A model generated the notes under the pieces. That model worked only from the letters and a program-made list of their open reading frames with translations, was not told the DNA's origin and ran no database searches. The position numbers and the translations under genes are program-made. Source: Octopus bimaculoides (lineage: Eukaryota). From it: 64,000 nucleotides of DNA. This document shows positions 39,233-53,159 of this stretch, one piece after another. The stretch is taken from positions 45,314,979-45,378,978 of the forward strand of contig NC_068986.1 of the NCBI RefSeq assembly GCF_001194135.2, in the 5' to 3' direction. Position 1 is the first letter of the stretch. Every line of letters starts with the position of its first letter.

Positions 39233-39864
39233 ACATACATACATACATACATACATACATAACATATATACCTACCTACATACATATATTACATGCATAC
39301 ACAATATGCACACATTACATGTACACATTACATGTACACATTACATGCAAACATTACATATATACATTGCATACATTTATACATACATTGCATAAATAAA
39401 TAAATAAAGAGACCTCCCATAGATAAAATACTGCAGATACTAGCATTTAGCGACGTACATACATTAAGTAGGAAATATTGACAATGTTTACATTATTGAG
39501 CTGCTTCGAACACAAAATTTGAATTTTGTTCTACTTGTGCAGTGATGCTGCAGAACAGCAAATAGGTTTTACACTATTAGTATATATTTCTAGCTGGTTA
39601 ATAGGAATTTGCTTCAATAGTAGAAGGCACTTTCTCTGTGCACTGAGACTAGAAATGAATCAATGTCTTTAAAAAAATGTCTTCCTAAGGTTGATCAGTT
39701 TCTAAATTAGATATAGGACTGTTCCTCGAGCAATCAACAAAGAACTTAAGACAAAAATCAAAGATTCCTGAATGTTTGGTACAAGGGTTGGTTGGATGGG
39801 TAAATTATATTATTGGCGAATAATAAAACAACTCATGCACAGATAATTTTATCAGGTCATTATA

Positions 39865-40077
39865 CAAGGGGGTACCGAAAAATTCCAGACTTTGGGTAAA
39901 AGAAAATAGAGAAGGATCAGTTGATTATGAATTTATTCGACCCATTCCCCTCTCAGATTCACACACTTATAGCAGCGGTCCTTCAGTTTAAGCTCTGTAA
40001 AAGAATTTGGAAGGTTGGGCCTCCAACCAGGCCTTTTGTAATATCCTTCTAGCCAGGAACTTTTCTGCACCCCCTTG
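39865..40077 (-). mobile_element. Mariner-derived MITE (213 bp)
   Basis: TA TSDs at 39863-39864 and 40078-40079; TIRs caagggggtaccgaaaaattcc / ggaacttttctgcacccccttg (3 mismatches). Minus strand retains the transposase C-terminus LKDRCYKCVNLRGEWVE*. Confidence 0.9.
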
Positions 40078-42249
40078 TAATGGATTTTAAGTTTGATATT
40101 TCAGATCACCATCATCAGAATTTTAACATACATTTTTTCAATGGTGCATGAGTCAGACAGAATTTGTCTGTCCCATGTTTCCAAGCAAGGTAATGTTTCC
40201 CCGTGGCCAGACATATTGATAATGAGGGACTCTACTCAAATGATGGTGATGCTAGCTTACAAGTATCCATTGACATCAAGAGAAGGAAACACTAAGACAC
40301 ACATAAATGCATACACACACACACACATATTACATATGGTATAATTATAAACAGGGCAAAGTTTAGCCATTTCTCTGCAAACTGAAAAAAATGAACAACC
40401 TTAATGGGTTCTCAGCAGAGGCGTCCACATCATTCTGACAGTCTGCAGAGAAACAAGCAGCCAAACTGTTTATATACTCAACAAATGCAGTAGTTATTCT
40501 ATGAAGGAGTCCCTAATTTGCATACTGGAAAATGTTTAACATGCACACATACATATGTACATGTAAACTGGTACTTCATTAGTTATAACAGTGAGGGTTC
40601 CAGTTGGTCTGATCAATAGAACAGCCTGCTCATGAAATTAAAGTGCATGTGGCTGAGCACTCCACAGACACATGTACCCTTAATGTAGTTTTCAGGGAGA
40701 TTCAGTGTGACACAGAATGTGAAAAGGTTGGCTGTTTAAAGTACAGGTACTACTCATTTCTCCAGCAGAGTGAACAGGAGCACCATTAAATGAAGCGTTC
40801 TGCTCAAGGTCATAAAGCACTGCTGGAATTGAACTCATGATCTTACAATTGGGAATTGAATACTCTAACCATTAAGTACCTTCATAATACCCTAACCACT
40901 AAGCACCTTCATAAACATACATATACATACATATATGCATACATACACATACATGTGTGTGTGTNNNNNNNNNNTGTGTGTGTGTGTGTGTGTGTGTGTT
41001 ATACATATATGATGAACTTCTTTCAGATTCTGTCCACTAAATCCACTCACAAGGCTTTGGCCAGTCCGAAACTATAGTAGTAGACACTTGCTCAAGGCGT
41101 CACACAGTGGGGCTGAACCTGAAACCACATGATTGAAAAGCAAATTTCTGAACCACACAATGATGCTTGTGTCATTTAGTGGAAATAATAACCATTCCCT
41201 GCATTCTTTTATGAACAGATATATAATTAAAGAACAAAAATATTAATGATGTCACACACTGCAGCAGTCCCTTGAGTTTGTGATAAGGCTGTTAATTGTT
41301 AAGCAGATATGTGATGAATATTTCCTTAGATAGGGGTATTCATACATCACAGATAATGTTTAAAAAAAACTGGTGAAATTAGGTAATAATATAAAATTAA
41401 GTGTATAGTTCACAGACACAACAGAACATTAGTAATGAATTTGAATTATTTACCTATAATATGCTAGCAATCTAATATCATATCAACCTGACCACTATAT
41501 ACATGTATACACACACTCACACATTTATGATGGACTCTCCCACTGATTTTAACGCATGAGGATCTGACAACCTACACTTTCTTTGTCAGTCATAATGCTT
41601 TCTGTTAAACGTGACATTTGAGTCCCGCCAATGATTTGCAAAATATGCAGATTATAGGTCAATGCAGGTGGTATATTTGCAACTGCTTTACTCCTTTGCT
41701 TTGCATTAGCCTGTTAATGTCTGGTCACTCTTGAGTGCTTACTGGTAACACATAATCCAGTATAACCTGTTGCACGGTTGGGTTGTTGGTAACTAAACTG
41801 CCAATCCCACTGAGGTTGCTTGGTGTGAAGGGTGGTTGTTGGACACCCTGTGCAGTAGAAAATAAAACCTGTCAAAAGGTAGAGGAACTTGTGTCAATGG
41901 CCACCCAACAATGTGTATATATTTATATACTGTCTGTCTTTTTTTTATATTTCTCACTCACACATACAAGTTTTTTCATCGCCCTTTAACATTTACTTTT
42001 CTACGCTTGCATAGGTCATAGGGAATTTGTTGAGGAAAATTTTCCACAGCTGGATGCCTTTCCTGTTGCCAACCTTTTTCAACTCTTTTCAAAGAAGAAA
42101 CAAGGTAACATTTCCCCATAGTCAGATATGTTTTTCAAGGAAGACTGATCATTATCATTATTATTGTTTAACATCTGCTTTCCAAGTGCGTGTATGTATA
42201 TGTGTGTGCATGTATATATATATATATATATATATATATNNNNNNNNNN

Positions 42250-42280
<31 letters not shown>

Positions 42281-42420
42281 TATATGCATATGCACATATA
42301 TATGCATACACACACACATAAGAACATTGGGGTTTATTACCTAACTAGTCCCAGTTAAACCTCCCACCCCATCTGCTGCCCTATCACCTCTTTAACACTT
42401 TATGTCTATCATTTCTTATT

Positions 42421-42646
42421 TCTTTATTGCCCACAAGGGGCTAAACATAGAGGGGACAAACAAGGACAGACAAAGGGATTAAGTCGATTACATCGACCTC
42501 AATGTGTAACTGGTACTTAATTTATCGACCCCGAAAGGATGAAAGGCAAAGTCGACCTCAGTGGAATTTGAACTCAGAACATAACGGCAGAGGAAATACC
42601 GCTAAGCATTTCACCGGCGTGCTAACGTTTCTGCCAGCTCACCGCC
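42421..42646 (-). mobile_element. SINE family C
   Basis: High similarity to 4868-5083. Confidence 0.9.
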
Positions 42647-43193
42647 TTATGTCTATCATTTCTTTCAATCCGATCTCTTTTTCACACAGGTTCTCTTCAC
42701 TCTTCCTCATTCCTATTCACTACAATACTGACAATATGACAATGGATCTCTACAATTCTCTGCACCATGCAGCTCATGTAACAGGGATGGTATCGGATCT
42801 ATCTGGTTCTCTCACCTCTGATATTTTTCACTTTTTCTACTATTCATAGCACTATCACCTATCTCCTCTTCACTCTACCTTTCTCCAAGATTAAGATGTC
42901 TGTCAGATAGCATTGGATATGTTCCATTGCTGCCACTCTTCTGTTATTCTCAATGCTTATCTGCATCCTTTTGTCTTAGTTCTCTCGTGTACTTACAAGC
43001 TTAATCAACTGCCTGGAATGTACAGACATTGTAGGGAAATAGAGACTCTCAAGACAAGATGTACAAAGAAACCTCACAGGTGGTGAATATCCATGTAGTT
43101 CCTCTACAAAATCCTACTCTTCCCAGATCTCTATTCTCTTCATCTCTTAGAATAAAGCTGACTCTAATACCTCATTGTTTGTTGTCTTGTGAG

Positions 43194-43583
43194 TGGAGGC
43201 ACAATGGCCCAGTGGTTAGGGCAGCTGACTCACGGTCATAGGATCGCGGTTTCGATTCTCAGACTGGGCGTTGTGAGTGCTTATTGAGCGAAAACACCTA
43301 AAAGCTCCACGAGGCTCCAGCAGGGGATGGTGGCGAATCCTGCTGTACTCTTTCACCACAACTTTCTCTCACTCTTACTTCCTGTTTCTGTTGTGCCTGT
43401 AATTCAAAGGGTCAGCCTTGTCACACTGTGTCATGCTGAATATCTCCGAGAACTACGTTAAGGGTACACATGTCTGTGGAGTGCTCAGCCACTTGCACAT
43501 TAATTTCACGAGCAGGCTGTTCCGTTGATCGGATCAACTGGAACCCTCGACGTCATAAGTGACGGAGTGCCAACAACAACAAC
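43194..43583 (+). mobile_element. SINE family B, full length, 13-bp TSD
   Basis: TSD gttgtcttgtgag at 43181-43193 and 43584-43596; inserted into an older pyrimidine-rich repeat. Confidence 0.92.
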
Positions 43584-44108
43584 GTTGTCTTGTGAGCTGC
43601 ATGGCATCCTCACTAGTGCTGGTGGTATGAAAAATGCACTAATTACATACTGTAAAGTGGTTGGCATTATGAAGAACATCCAGCTATAAAAAAAAAACAT
43701 GGTAAACACTGGAGTATGATGTAGTCTTTAGACTCATTGAATCCTGTCAAACTGTCAAATTTATGCCAGCATAGAACACAGATGTTAAATGATTTTACAT
43801 GCATACACATATGTATGATGTGGATAAGTTCTACCCATATGTCATACATCTCTGCACACAAAGTCGTTATATTCCTATATCCATTTATTATGGCCTACAT
43901 TATGAATAGGGATTTTAGGAATAATTGTCTCTGTCTGGGCTATGAGATCTAATTTATGCTTCAATCCAATCTACAAAGCCAGACAATTTTGACACCCCTG
44001 CTCTAAACCAATTGAGGAGGGCAGTAACACTGAATAAGAACTGACTTGGAATGTGATGATGTGTTCAGCCCATGCTAGTATAAAAAGCAAACATAAAATG
44101 ATGCCATA

Positions 44109-44169
<61 letters not shown>

Positions 44170-45959
44170 CATGCATATCTTACCCCAATTAATGTAAGCA
44201 AAGGATGTAAGTATCACAAAGAAAAAAAAAATAAATAAAACTGGTGCTTTTTGAATGACATTCTTTGTAGTATTTTTCTTGTACCAGTCTAGAAATACTC
44301 CCTTGTGACATTCACCATCAAAAATATAGTGAACCGGTGATTAATCCACTGGAAGTCTGTAATCAATGACGTTATCTACAGTTGTGAGATACAAATAAAC
44401 ACTGGGGTTGATTTCATTCACTGAAAATGGTGTATCCTAGGTTTCTTCAATTAAGGGAATATAGTTGAGAATCCTGAACATATCTTCTTCATGCTGCTTA
44501 TGATTTAACACTGGCAATAGTATTATTGAGAAGAATAGCAATCCCAGACATTATTAGTTTTGAAAGACAATATTGGCCCAATTCCTTACAATACTGGAAT
44601 TAACAGAATATATATGGCACAAATTAACAGAATTAGGACAGTTACTTAACTTTTGATTTTGTAACTTTAAGGAGATGTGAGACTAATCTCTCTCAGGTTA
44701 AGATATAAGAGTATTACTGGTAACTTCTCCAGATATTCTGTTATCTGTTTAAGGGAAACTGAGTTATGTCAAATTAAACATTCTACCCTTCACTTCATTT
44801 TATCTAATTAATGCTGGTGAAAATACTAACAATAGACACACAGCTTGTTTGTCTCTTATTTATTTATTTATTTATTTATAAAGAAATTATTAATTGACTG
44901 AAGGCGTTTCTTAATTATGATGGTTGCTGCTTTACATTGAATACTAACCAGCAACTGTGTCTAGCTAGGAGTGACTCACAAATGATGCCATTCTGTCTAG
45001 CTTGCAGAATAATTCAATATTTCTGATGTTTTTTTTCTCTCTTCTTTTCCTATTGACATCACAAGAGTGTTGCTATGGAACTGGATGTATGTTTAAATAT
45101 AATCAAGACCTTTCAACAATAGTGTAGGGACACTTGTTGGTCAACATATGATGCCTGTAACAAATAACTGTTCTTCATGTTATTTTCCATGTTCAGCAGT
45201 GAAGCAAAGAATGGATCTCATATTGCAAAGATATTGATTATAAACCAAATTTATGCAACTGATAATTTTATCCTAAAGGGATTCAATAAGATGGCTATCA
45301 CAAATAGCAAGAAATTGTATTGTAGCCTTCAATAAGTCTTTTAATATTATTTGTAAATATCAAAGAAGAGATTTAAGTTATTCCTTCTATGGGATATTAT
45401 AATTAACAATTGTTTTATTATTCAATATTGTATATTAATTGTTATGTGGTAGCATAGATGAAATGAGATAGCTTCCAAAAGGTCTGTATGTCCTTTCTTC
45501 AGCAAAAAATTGCTGATATTACTGAAGTTAGTGATTGCTATTTTTAGATTTTAAGCATCCCTAGAGAGTTTTGTCAACTAATTGCATGAATCATCTCGGT
45601 TAATTGAAAATTTTCACTATACTCTATAATAAACATGTAAAAACCATACAATGTTTATTTGTATTTATTATGCAGAATGCTTTTCTAAGATATTTTCCCT
45701 CAGCCCATCATTTTCATTCATGTTGATATATATAATCAGTATCATTACATTTCCCCAACTCTTTATATCATCATCATCGTTTAATGTCTGCTTTCCATGC
45801 TGGCATGGGTTAGACAGTTTGACATGGGGCTGGCTAGCACGGGTTGTCCAGGCACCAGCTGTCTGTTGAAGCAGGGTTTCTATTTGGATTGGATTTCTAT
45901 TTGGGTTGGATGCCCTTCCTAACACCAACCACTTAACAGAGCGTGCTGGGTGCATTTAA

Positions 45960-46192
45960 CCCATATACACCCATGGTTGCGTTTTCGCAACGCAAAACCT
46001 GCTCCTACTCGTTTGGACATGAACTCGCCAGGAAGCAGCTGACTGAGTATACGAAATGTTCAGTAGGTAGTCGACAACTGTAGCTAACAGTTGCATACTG
46101 TCCTTCTCTTCCAGATTGTGAAAGCTTACCATAACATTTAATCTAAATACAGTGAAATTTTAAGACTTCATTGTTTTATGAGCATATATGGG
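45960..46192. mobile_element. piggyBac-type MITE (233 bp) nested in a family D element
   Basis: TTAA TSDs at 45956-45959 and 46193-46196; TIRs cccatatacacccat / atgagcatatatggg. The host sequence gggtgcat-ttaa-tgtgccac is restored on removal. Confidence 0.88.
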
Positions 46193-46670
46193 TTAATGTG
46201 CCACAAGCACAGGTGCAATTGCGCAACACCAGCACAAGTACTTTTTAAGTGGCACCAGCACATGAAAGGACAAGCCTGTATGTGTGGAAGACAGAAATTT
46301 TATTTAGCTTGACATGTCTCATCTAATATAGCAAATCGCCACATCTCCCAGTTCATATATTAATGTTGATTTTTGGGTTTGATTTTGGTTGAGGTTAGCT
46401 TTGTCTTCGTAATTTACAAAGCTTTCCATGTTTGATTACAAATGTTATATATGTAGTATTAGACAGTTAATGTATATATTAACAAAATTTGGCTGAAATG
46501 GATGAGTGAGCATTTGGCCAATTGGATGCGCAAAGAGCCATGTTAGCATTGATTTGTGGGTTCGATTCTGGCTGGGGTTAGTTCATCATTTTTCAATCAT
46601 TTGCTTGTATTTATAAATTGTCACTTCAAATTGGAGAATAAAATATTATTATGATATGTTATTATACAGT

Positions 46671-46713
<43 letters not shown>

Positions 46714-46753
46714 CATACATACATATACATTTAAGTGATGATATATGCATGTC

Positions 46754-48066
46754 ACTACCAGAACTAGAGAAGTTTCAGGTATGGAAGGAAGGTCTACAAT
46801 CAAAGGACCTTAGAGTTAACCGAGCAAAAACCAAAGTCTTAGTAAGTAGGAAGGCAGATAAATCACAAATCCCTTCAGGTAGATGGCCCTGCCCGATCTG
46901 TAGAAAAGGCATAGGTAGAAACTCCATAAGATGTACCTGGTGTAAGCTATGTACACATAAGAAGTGCAGCAATACCAGAGGAAGGTTAACAGGGAAAATA
47001 GGTTTTGTGTGTGGAAGATGCTCTGGTACAATAAACACCAAAAATGTACAGAAAATAGACTCCATCAACTGCCAGGTGGCTAGGCTAGAGGAAGTAGATG
47101 GCTTCAGTTATCTGGGTGACCAAGTTAGTAGTGGAGGTGGATGCTCTGAGAGCATAGCGGTGAGAATAAGAATAGGCTGGGCAAAGTTCAGAGAGCTCCT
47201 ATCTCTGTTAGCAACAAAGGCCTCTCCCTCAGAGTGAAAGGCAGATTGCATGATGCCTGTGTGTGAACAACTATGCTACACGGCAGTGTAACATGGGCTG
47301 TGATAGCCAAATGTACAATATCAGTGTGCATATATGAGAGAGTGTAAGCACCTTGAGAAAAAAGTTGGGCATAAGATGTGATGTGCAAGAGATGATTGTG
47401 CTGGTATGATTGTGTGATATGTATGGACAAAGTAGCTGTGTAAAGAAGTGTTGATCTCTAACTGTAGAGGGAACCTGTGGTAAATGTAGACCCAAGAAGA
47501 CCTGGGGTGAGGTGGTGAAGCAGGATCTTCGAACTTTGGGTCTTGTGCAAGCAATGACTAATGACTGAGAGCTTTGGGGGTATGTTGTGCTTATCAAACC
47601 CTATCAAACTGAGTGAAATCGTGGTCATGGCAAATGCTGGTGTCACGTAACTGGCACCTGCGTCGGTGGGACATAAAAAGCACCTTTCAAGCGTTGGGCC
47701 TCACAGAGGCAAGGTGGCTGATACCAGTGGCATGTGAAAAAACACCTTTCAAGTCATGGGTCTCATGGAGGCAATGATTAATGACCGAGACCTTTGGCAT
47801 TATGCTGTGCTTGAGAAGAAGACCCGTGAAGCCAAGTAAAATCGTAGTTATGGCAGATACTGGTATCATTCAAATGACACTTGTGCCAGTGGCATGTAAA
47901 AGCACCCATTACACTCTCGGAGTCATTGGCATTATGAAGGGCATTCAGCCATAGAAACCATACCAGATCAGACTGGAATCTGGTGCAGCCTTCCAGCTTC
48001 CCAACCCTAGTCAAACTGTCCAACCCATGCTAGCATGGACAATGGACATTAAATGAGGATGATGAT
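46754..48066 (+). mobile_element. 5'-truncated LINE: RT C-terminal part with PHD-type finger, thumb, repetitive 3' UTR and GAT tail
   Basis: ORF 46656-47237: WKEGLQSKDLRVNRAKTKVLVS...WPCPICRKG...CTWCKLCTHKKC...CGRC...FSYLGDQVSSGGGC...RIRIGWAKFREL. Ends ggacattaaatgaggatgatgat. Confidence 0.9.
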
Positions 48067-48229
48067 ATATATATATTTTGGTAATTTCTAAGTCTTGTCA
48101 AGTGAGCTGAAGAGACCTAACAAGACTAACATATCTAAAACTTTCATTTGTTGCCTTTAAAAGCAAAATCAATTTCCTTATTTTTCAAAACAAAGAAAAC
48201 AAGCCAATTTAATAAGAAAATATGTTATT

Positions 48230-49530
48230 TTGAGCATCACAGGTGAAACTTTCAATTCTTTTACTGGCATTGCTAGCAATAAAAAGAAAATAAATATGTA
48301 ACTTAGCAGAGAAAATATTGTTGAGGTAGAGAAATGAGATCAAAGAAAATGCCTCTGTACCTGAGATATTTATCTCAGAGTGAGCAAGGACGAAGGTCAC
48401 AGTATCTGTATCTATGAAAATACAAGGTTATACTAATGCTCTTAAAGTGACAGCTGGAGATAAACCTCTCCAATATGTGGAGTCATATCTTCTGTATTGG
48501 TTACATAAGGCTTATGTGACTAAATACCTGGTTTTCAAAATTAAAGAGACAGTGAGAAAGCAAGAGTAACATACACTTGCCCATAAATTATTACAACAAT
48601 ACAAGGGACAATGCAACATGAGGACCTGAGTGGAGAAGAATGGTGATGATGATAATTTTTGACACACTGTTACCTTTGTGGTACAGAACAAGCAAGTAGT
48701 GAGCTTTGAAGTGACTAGAAATGACATGTAGCTGGGAGGAGTCATTACAGATATTAATGTTTTAATGACCTCCGAAGACTTCAATATGGCTATGGAAAGA
48801 AAAGCAATGAGACTGGTGAGGTAAGGCAGAAAGGTCAGCTGCAACTCATTTAACAGTAAAAGCCATTTGGGGGTTTTCTGTTAGAAAGAACTCAATAAAC
48901 AGGCAAGAACATTAGAGACATCAACAATATCAAGGTACAGAAACTGCTCTTCTCAAAGCATCACTGAATTGAGATTTTGGAAATAGAAAAGATTGCCTTG
49001 TCCTCAGTCCCAGTAGCCAACAAGAAAAGACACATCTCTCCTAGCCATAACAAGCAGCACTACACCATTATCTTACAACCACAAAGAGGAGATGGACAAT
49101 GAACAGGAGTAGTAGATTGCTAAGAATAGTAGAAAGAGTAAAAGAAAAAGGATAAAGACCACCAAAGTAAAAACAATATACTCTAAAGGAATGTGTGTAA
49201 AATGTGCATGTGTGTAGATGAACCCTTTCCCTAGAAAAGCATAAAGTTTACAATGATTTTGTATAGTAAATGCCAAACTTATACATTATTTTCAAATAAA
49301 ATGCAAGGAGAGTTTGGTAAAGATCAAGTATAGATTTGTGAATAGATGGGTTCCCACCATGATGCTTGCAAGAGAGAGATTGCTAATAAGAATCCAATTA
49401 ATTATCTTCTGAAAAGCAATTGCTTGAGGACATTTTGAGGACTAAACATTTCAAGTAAATGAATGCAGAAGGTGATAAAGGTCAAGGATATCATGATGAA
49501 ATTCAGCAAAAGGATTCTCACGAATGTGGC
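48230..49530 (+). mobile_element. Highly degenerate LINE APE-endonuclease region
   Basis: Broken remnants resembling the GDFNGHVG and GYG.RN..G motifs; similar decay at 1-400 and 10440-10850. Confidence 0.5.
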
Positions 49531-50556
49531 TGTGTGGGATGCCATCAATTAGGCACATAAAAAGCACCTAACACACTCTGCAAATTGGCTAATGTTAGGA
49601 AGGGCATCCAGCTGTAGAAACCATGCCACAACAAACAATTTGGAGTCTGGACAGCTCCCTGGCTAGCCAGTTCCTGTAAAACAGTCCAACCCATGCCAGC
49701 ATGGAAAATGGACATTAAACAATGATGATAATGATGTCTCTGTAATCCCCTTTTTTGTAACACATTGTTGAACAGGCCCTGGTGATAAAATAAACAAAAG
49801 GTTTATTATTATTATTAATATTATTATTATGATTATGTAATCGACTCATCTCCTCCCCAAAATTGCTGCCCTTGTTGCAAAATTTTAGATCAATATTATA
49901 ATTATTATTATCTAGTAATAAAGTGGTGGCTGTGAGAACCACTAGAGCATAGGAGCAAATGCTTTATGGTATTTCTTCTGACTTTTCTGGTTCTGAAAAT
50001 CCTACAGAGATCAGCTTTGTCTTTCATTTGTTCAGAGTAGATAAAATAATGGACCAGTCAAGTACTGTGGTCAATAAAATAAAGTATCAGTTGACTATTG
50101 GGGTGGGGGTCACAAAATATAATAATAGTTGAGCATTGAGCTCAATGTTATTAACTAAACCCCTTCCACATAGTAACAGTAGTGGCACCACCACCACCAC
50201 CACCACCACCACACACACACANNNNNNNNNNACCACCACCAACAACAACAACAACAACACTAACACCACTACATAAGTAGTAATGGTGTCCCACTAAGTA
50301 GTAGTAGTGCCAATACTACAAGTAGTAGTAATAATAGTAGCAGCAGTTGCAGCATCAACAGCCTAGTTGTAGTTGAGAAGTTTTCCAAAGAATTAATTAA
50401 CTGCCACATGCCTACGGAAATAAATAATGAGTAGAGTAACAATTAGAGTAATAGTGAATTATATCATATAGGGAATAAATATCCTCAATGTTCAAGAGAA
50501 GCCGACAATAGGAAAACAAACACACACAAAAGAATTATTATTATCATTATTATTAA

Positions 50557-51010
50557 GGCAGGAAGCTGGCAGAATGGTTAGCATGCTGGGAAAAATGCTT
50601 AGCAGCATTTCATCCATTTTAACATTCTGAGTTCAAGTTCTGCCAAGGTCAACTTAGCCTTTCATCCTTTCGGGGTCAATAAAATAAGTACCAGTTGAGT
50701 ACAGGGGTAAATGTAATTGACACCCTACTCCCCGAAATTGCTGGCCTTGTACCAAAATTTGAAACCATTATTATTGTTGTTGTTGTTGTTCAGGTGGCAA
50801 GCCGACAGAAGGATTAGCATGTCAGGGAAAATGACTAGCAGCATTTTGTCTGTCTATGCATTCTGAGATTAAATTCTGTTGAGGTCAATTTTGCCTTTCA
50901 TTTTTTCGGTGTTGATAAAATAAGTACCAGTTATGCACTGAGGACGATGTAATCAACTAGGCCACTCCCACCAAATTTCAGGCCTTGTGCTTATAGTAAA
51001 AAAATTATTA
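50557..51010 (+). mobile_element. Two tandem SINE family C copies (50557-50770 and 50793-51010)
   Basis: Repeated head and body separated by an ATT/GTT tail. Confidence 0.85.
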
Positions 51011-51742
51011 TCTTCATTATTTACTACCTCCTAGTGAGTTTGTGAAAAGATGGGTGACTGTAGCAAAAATGGTTAGACTGAATGACCTAAGTAAGTGCTT
51101 GTAGATTGGAGAGCATGAGGGAGGGCTTGTGCCATTGGTGGTCAAGGTAATACTGGATCTGAGTGGTTCCTTGATTGGCCCTAGCTGGAGTTTCTCCCAT
51201 AACAGGAAGACTGCATTATTCCTGTTGTCACATCCTTTGTATACCATTTCTCCATCTTTTCCACTTCTTTCTTCTCATCCTTTACGTAAATCCCCACACA
51301 AATTGTTGTCTGTCCTTGTGTTGTCCTTGTCTTCTATGCTCCAGTGGCTAATAAAAATATCATTGTTATTATTATTATTATTATTAATAGTTGATTTATT
51401 TGCTTATCTTATTAAAAAATAAGTAAAATTTGAAAAAAGAATTTTGAGTGGGTGATTTCAACACAAACATCTTTTGGTTTAATGTTGCTGAATCGACTTT
51501 AAAATAAAAATAGCAATATTAGTAATGAAACATTAGAAGTGTCTTTTAAGACTTCCTATTTAAGTTTGTTTTATTCCTACTTAAAAATACAGTGGTTAGT
51601 ATCTAATAAACATAATGGTGCCTTTCATGCTTGCACACACACCCAACAGTCCTAACACATGCATGTATGTATGTATGTATGTATGTATGCATGTGTGTGT
51701 GTCTAGCTATACATACATATACACACACACACACATATATAT

Positions 51743-51786
<44 letters not shown>

Positions 51787-52721
51787 GACAAAGATATATA
51801 GTACATAATCATTTAAGGTTTGTTTTCCATGCTGGCATGGGTTGAGTGGTTTGACCTGGAGCTGGTAAGGCCAGGAGCTGTACCAGGCTCCATTGTCTGT
51901 TTTGGTATGATTTCTGTGACTGGATGCTCTTCCTAATGCCAACCACTTTATGGAGAGTATTGGGTGCTTTTTATGTGGCACTGACAGCAGTGCTTTTCAT
52001 GTGGCACCAGCACTGAAAAGGTAACTTGCAAGACAAAAACCCCTCAGATAGGAGTGGGAGATTTAAGATATAGAAGGATAGGTGTCTTGCTGTAGAGTGG
52101 ATACATGGATATCTCAGCTGGAATAGAAAGGAGGGTGAGTTAGAGCAATAGAGAGAGAAATGGCGGAAAAGATGTGCCAAGATATGCTCTTGAGGGATAT
52201 TGGAGGTAGTGAGAATAAGGGAGGTGATACAGAGGTTTGGACTAGGTGAGTGGACAGGATAGAAGTGACTGTGACAAATGACGGAATAAAGTATAGGAGA
52301 GGGCCAGCAGTTGATCTAGTAAGCGGGGTGTCATAGTGTCATATCAGTGAATGGGGCCAGTACGCATTGATGTCGTCGAGGGGTAGGCCCTGAAATGGCA
52401 CACATTCTCTCCTGATGACCCCATACACTTGCTGGCTTCCGGTATGCGGAGTTCTCGACTGGTCTCACTTGCATGTGCAAAAAACATCAATCTCTATTCC
52501 CCTTAATTATTACTAATTTATTATTTCTTCTCTACCCCGACAACATACAGTCTCTATAGAGACATACAGATTTACTGATCTGAAGATCTACTGAGGAGTA
52601 AAATAAACTAACAGGAGTTTTTGTACACTCACTGAGGTTAGCCAGCATTATTAACCGGTAAAAGCAAATACAGTACCTCATAGGATTGTATATCTCTATC
52701 AACCAAACTTGGAAATCTACC

Positions 52722-52785
<64 letters not shown>

Positions 52786-53159
52786 CACATACATACAATG
52801 ACACACACACATGCATGCGTACACACACATGCATGCGTACACACACATGCATGCATGTGCACACCCACCCACACACACATATTTGTGTGTGTATGTGCAT
52901 GTGTCTCAGTATAAGTATATATGTACAAATCTTATCTTTTATCTGTTTCAGTCATTAGACTTTGGACTTGCTGGGGTACTGCCTTAAAGAATTCCAATTG
53001 AATGAATTGACCCTAGTACTTTTCTTTTGAAGAACTTATTCAATTGGTCTCTTTTGCCAAACCATTAAGTTATGGTGGTGTAAACACACCAACACCAATT
53101 GCCAAGTGGTGGTGTGAGACAAACACATAAGCATGCACACATAGATACATACATATATA

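Noticed and set aside
41590-41700. CCAAT/GC-box/octamer-like motifs as a candidate myosin promoter
   Set aside because: Short motifs only, with no CpG enrichment or locatable first exon.
3380-43583. All four full-length SINE B copies are antisense to the myosin
   Set aside because: The sample is too small, and an opposite-orientation fragment exists near 40590-40740.
46505-46582. tRNA-like sequence (TGGCCAATTGG...GGTTCGATTCT); also the SINE heads
   Set aside because: No intact cloverleaf; only A/B-box remnants of tRNA-derived repeats.
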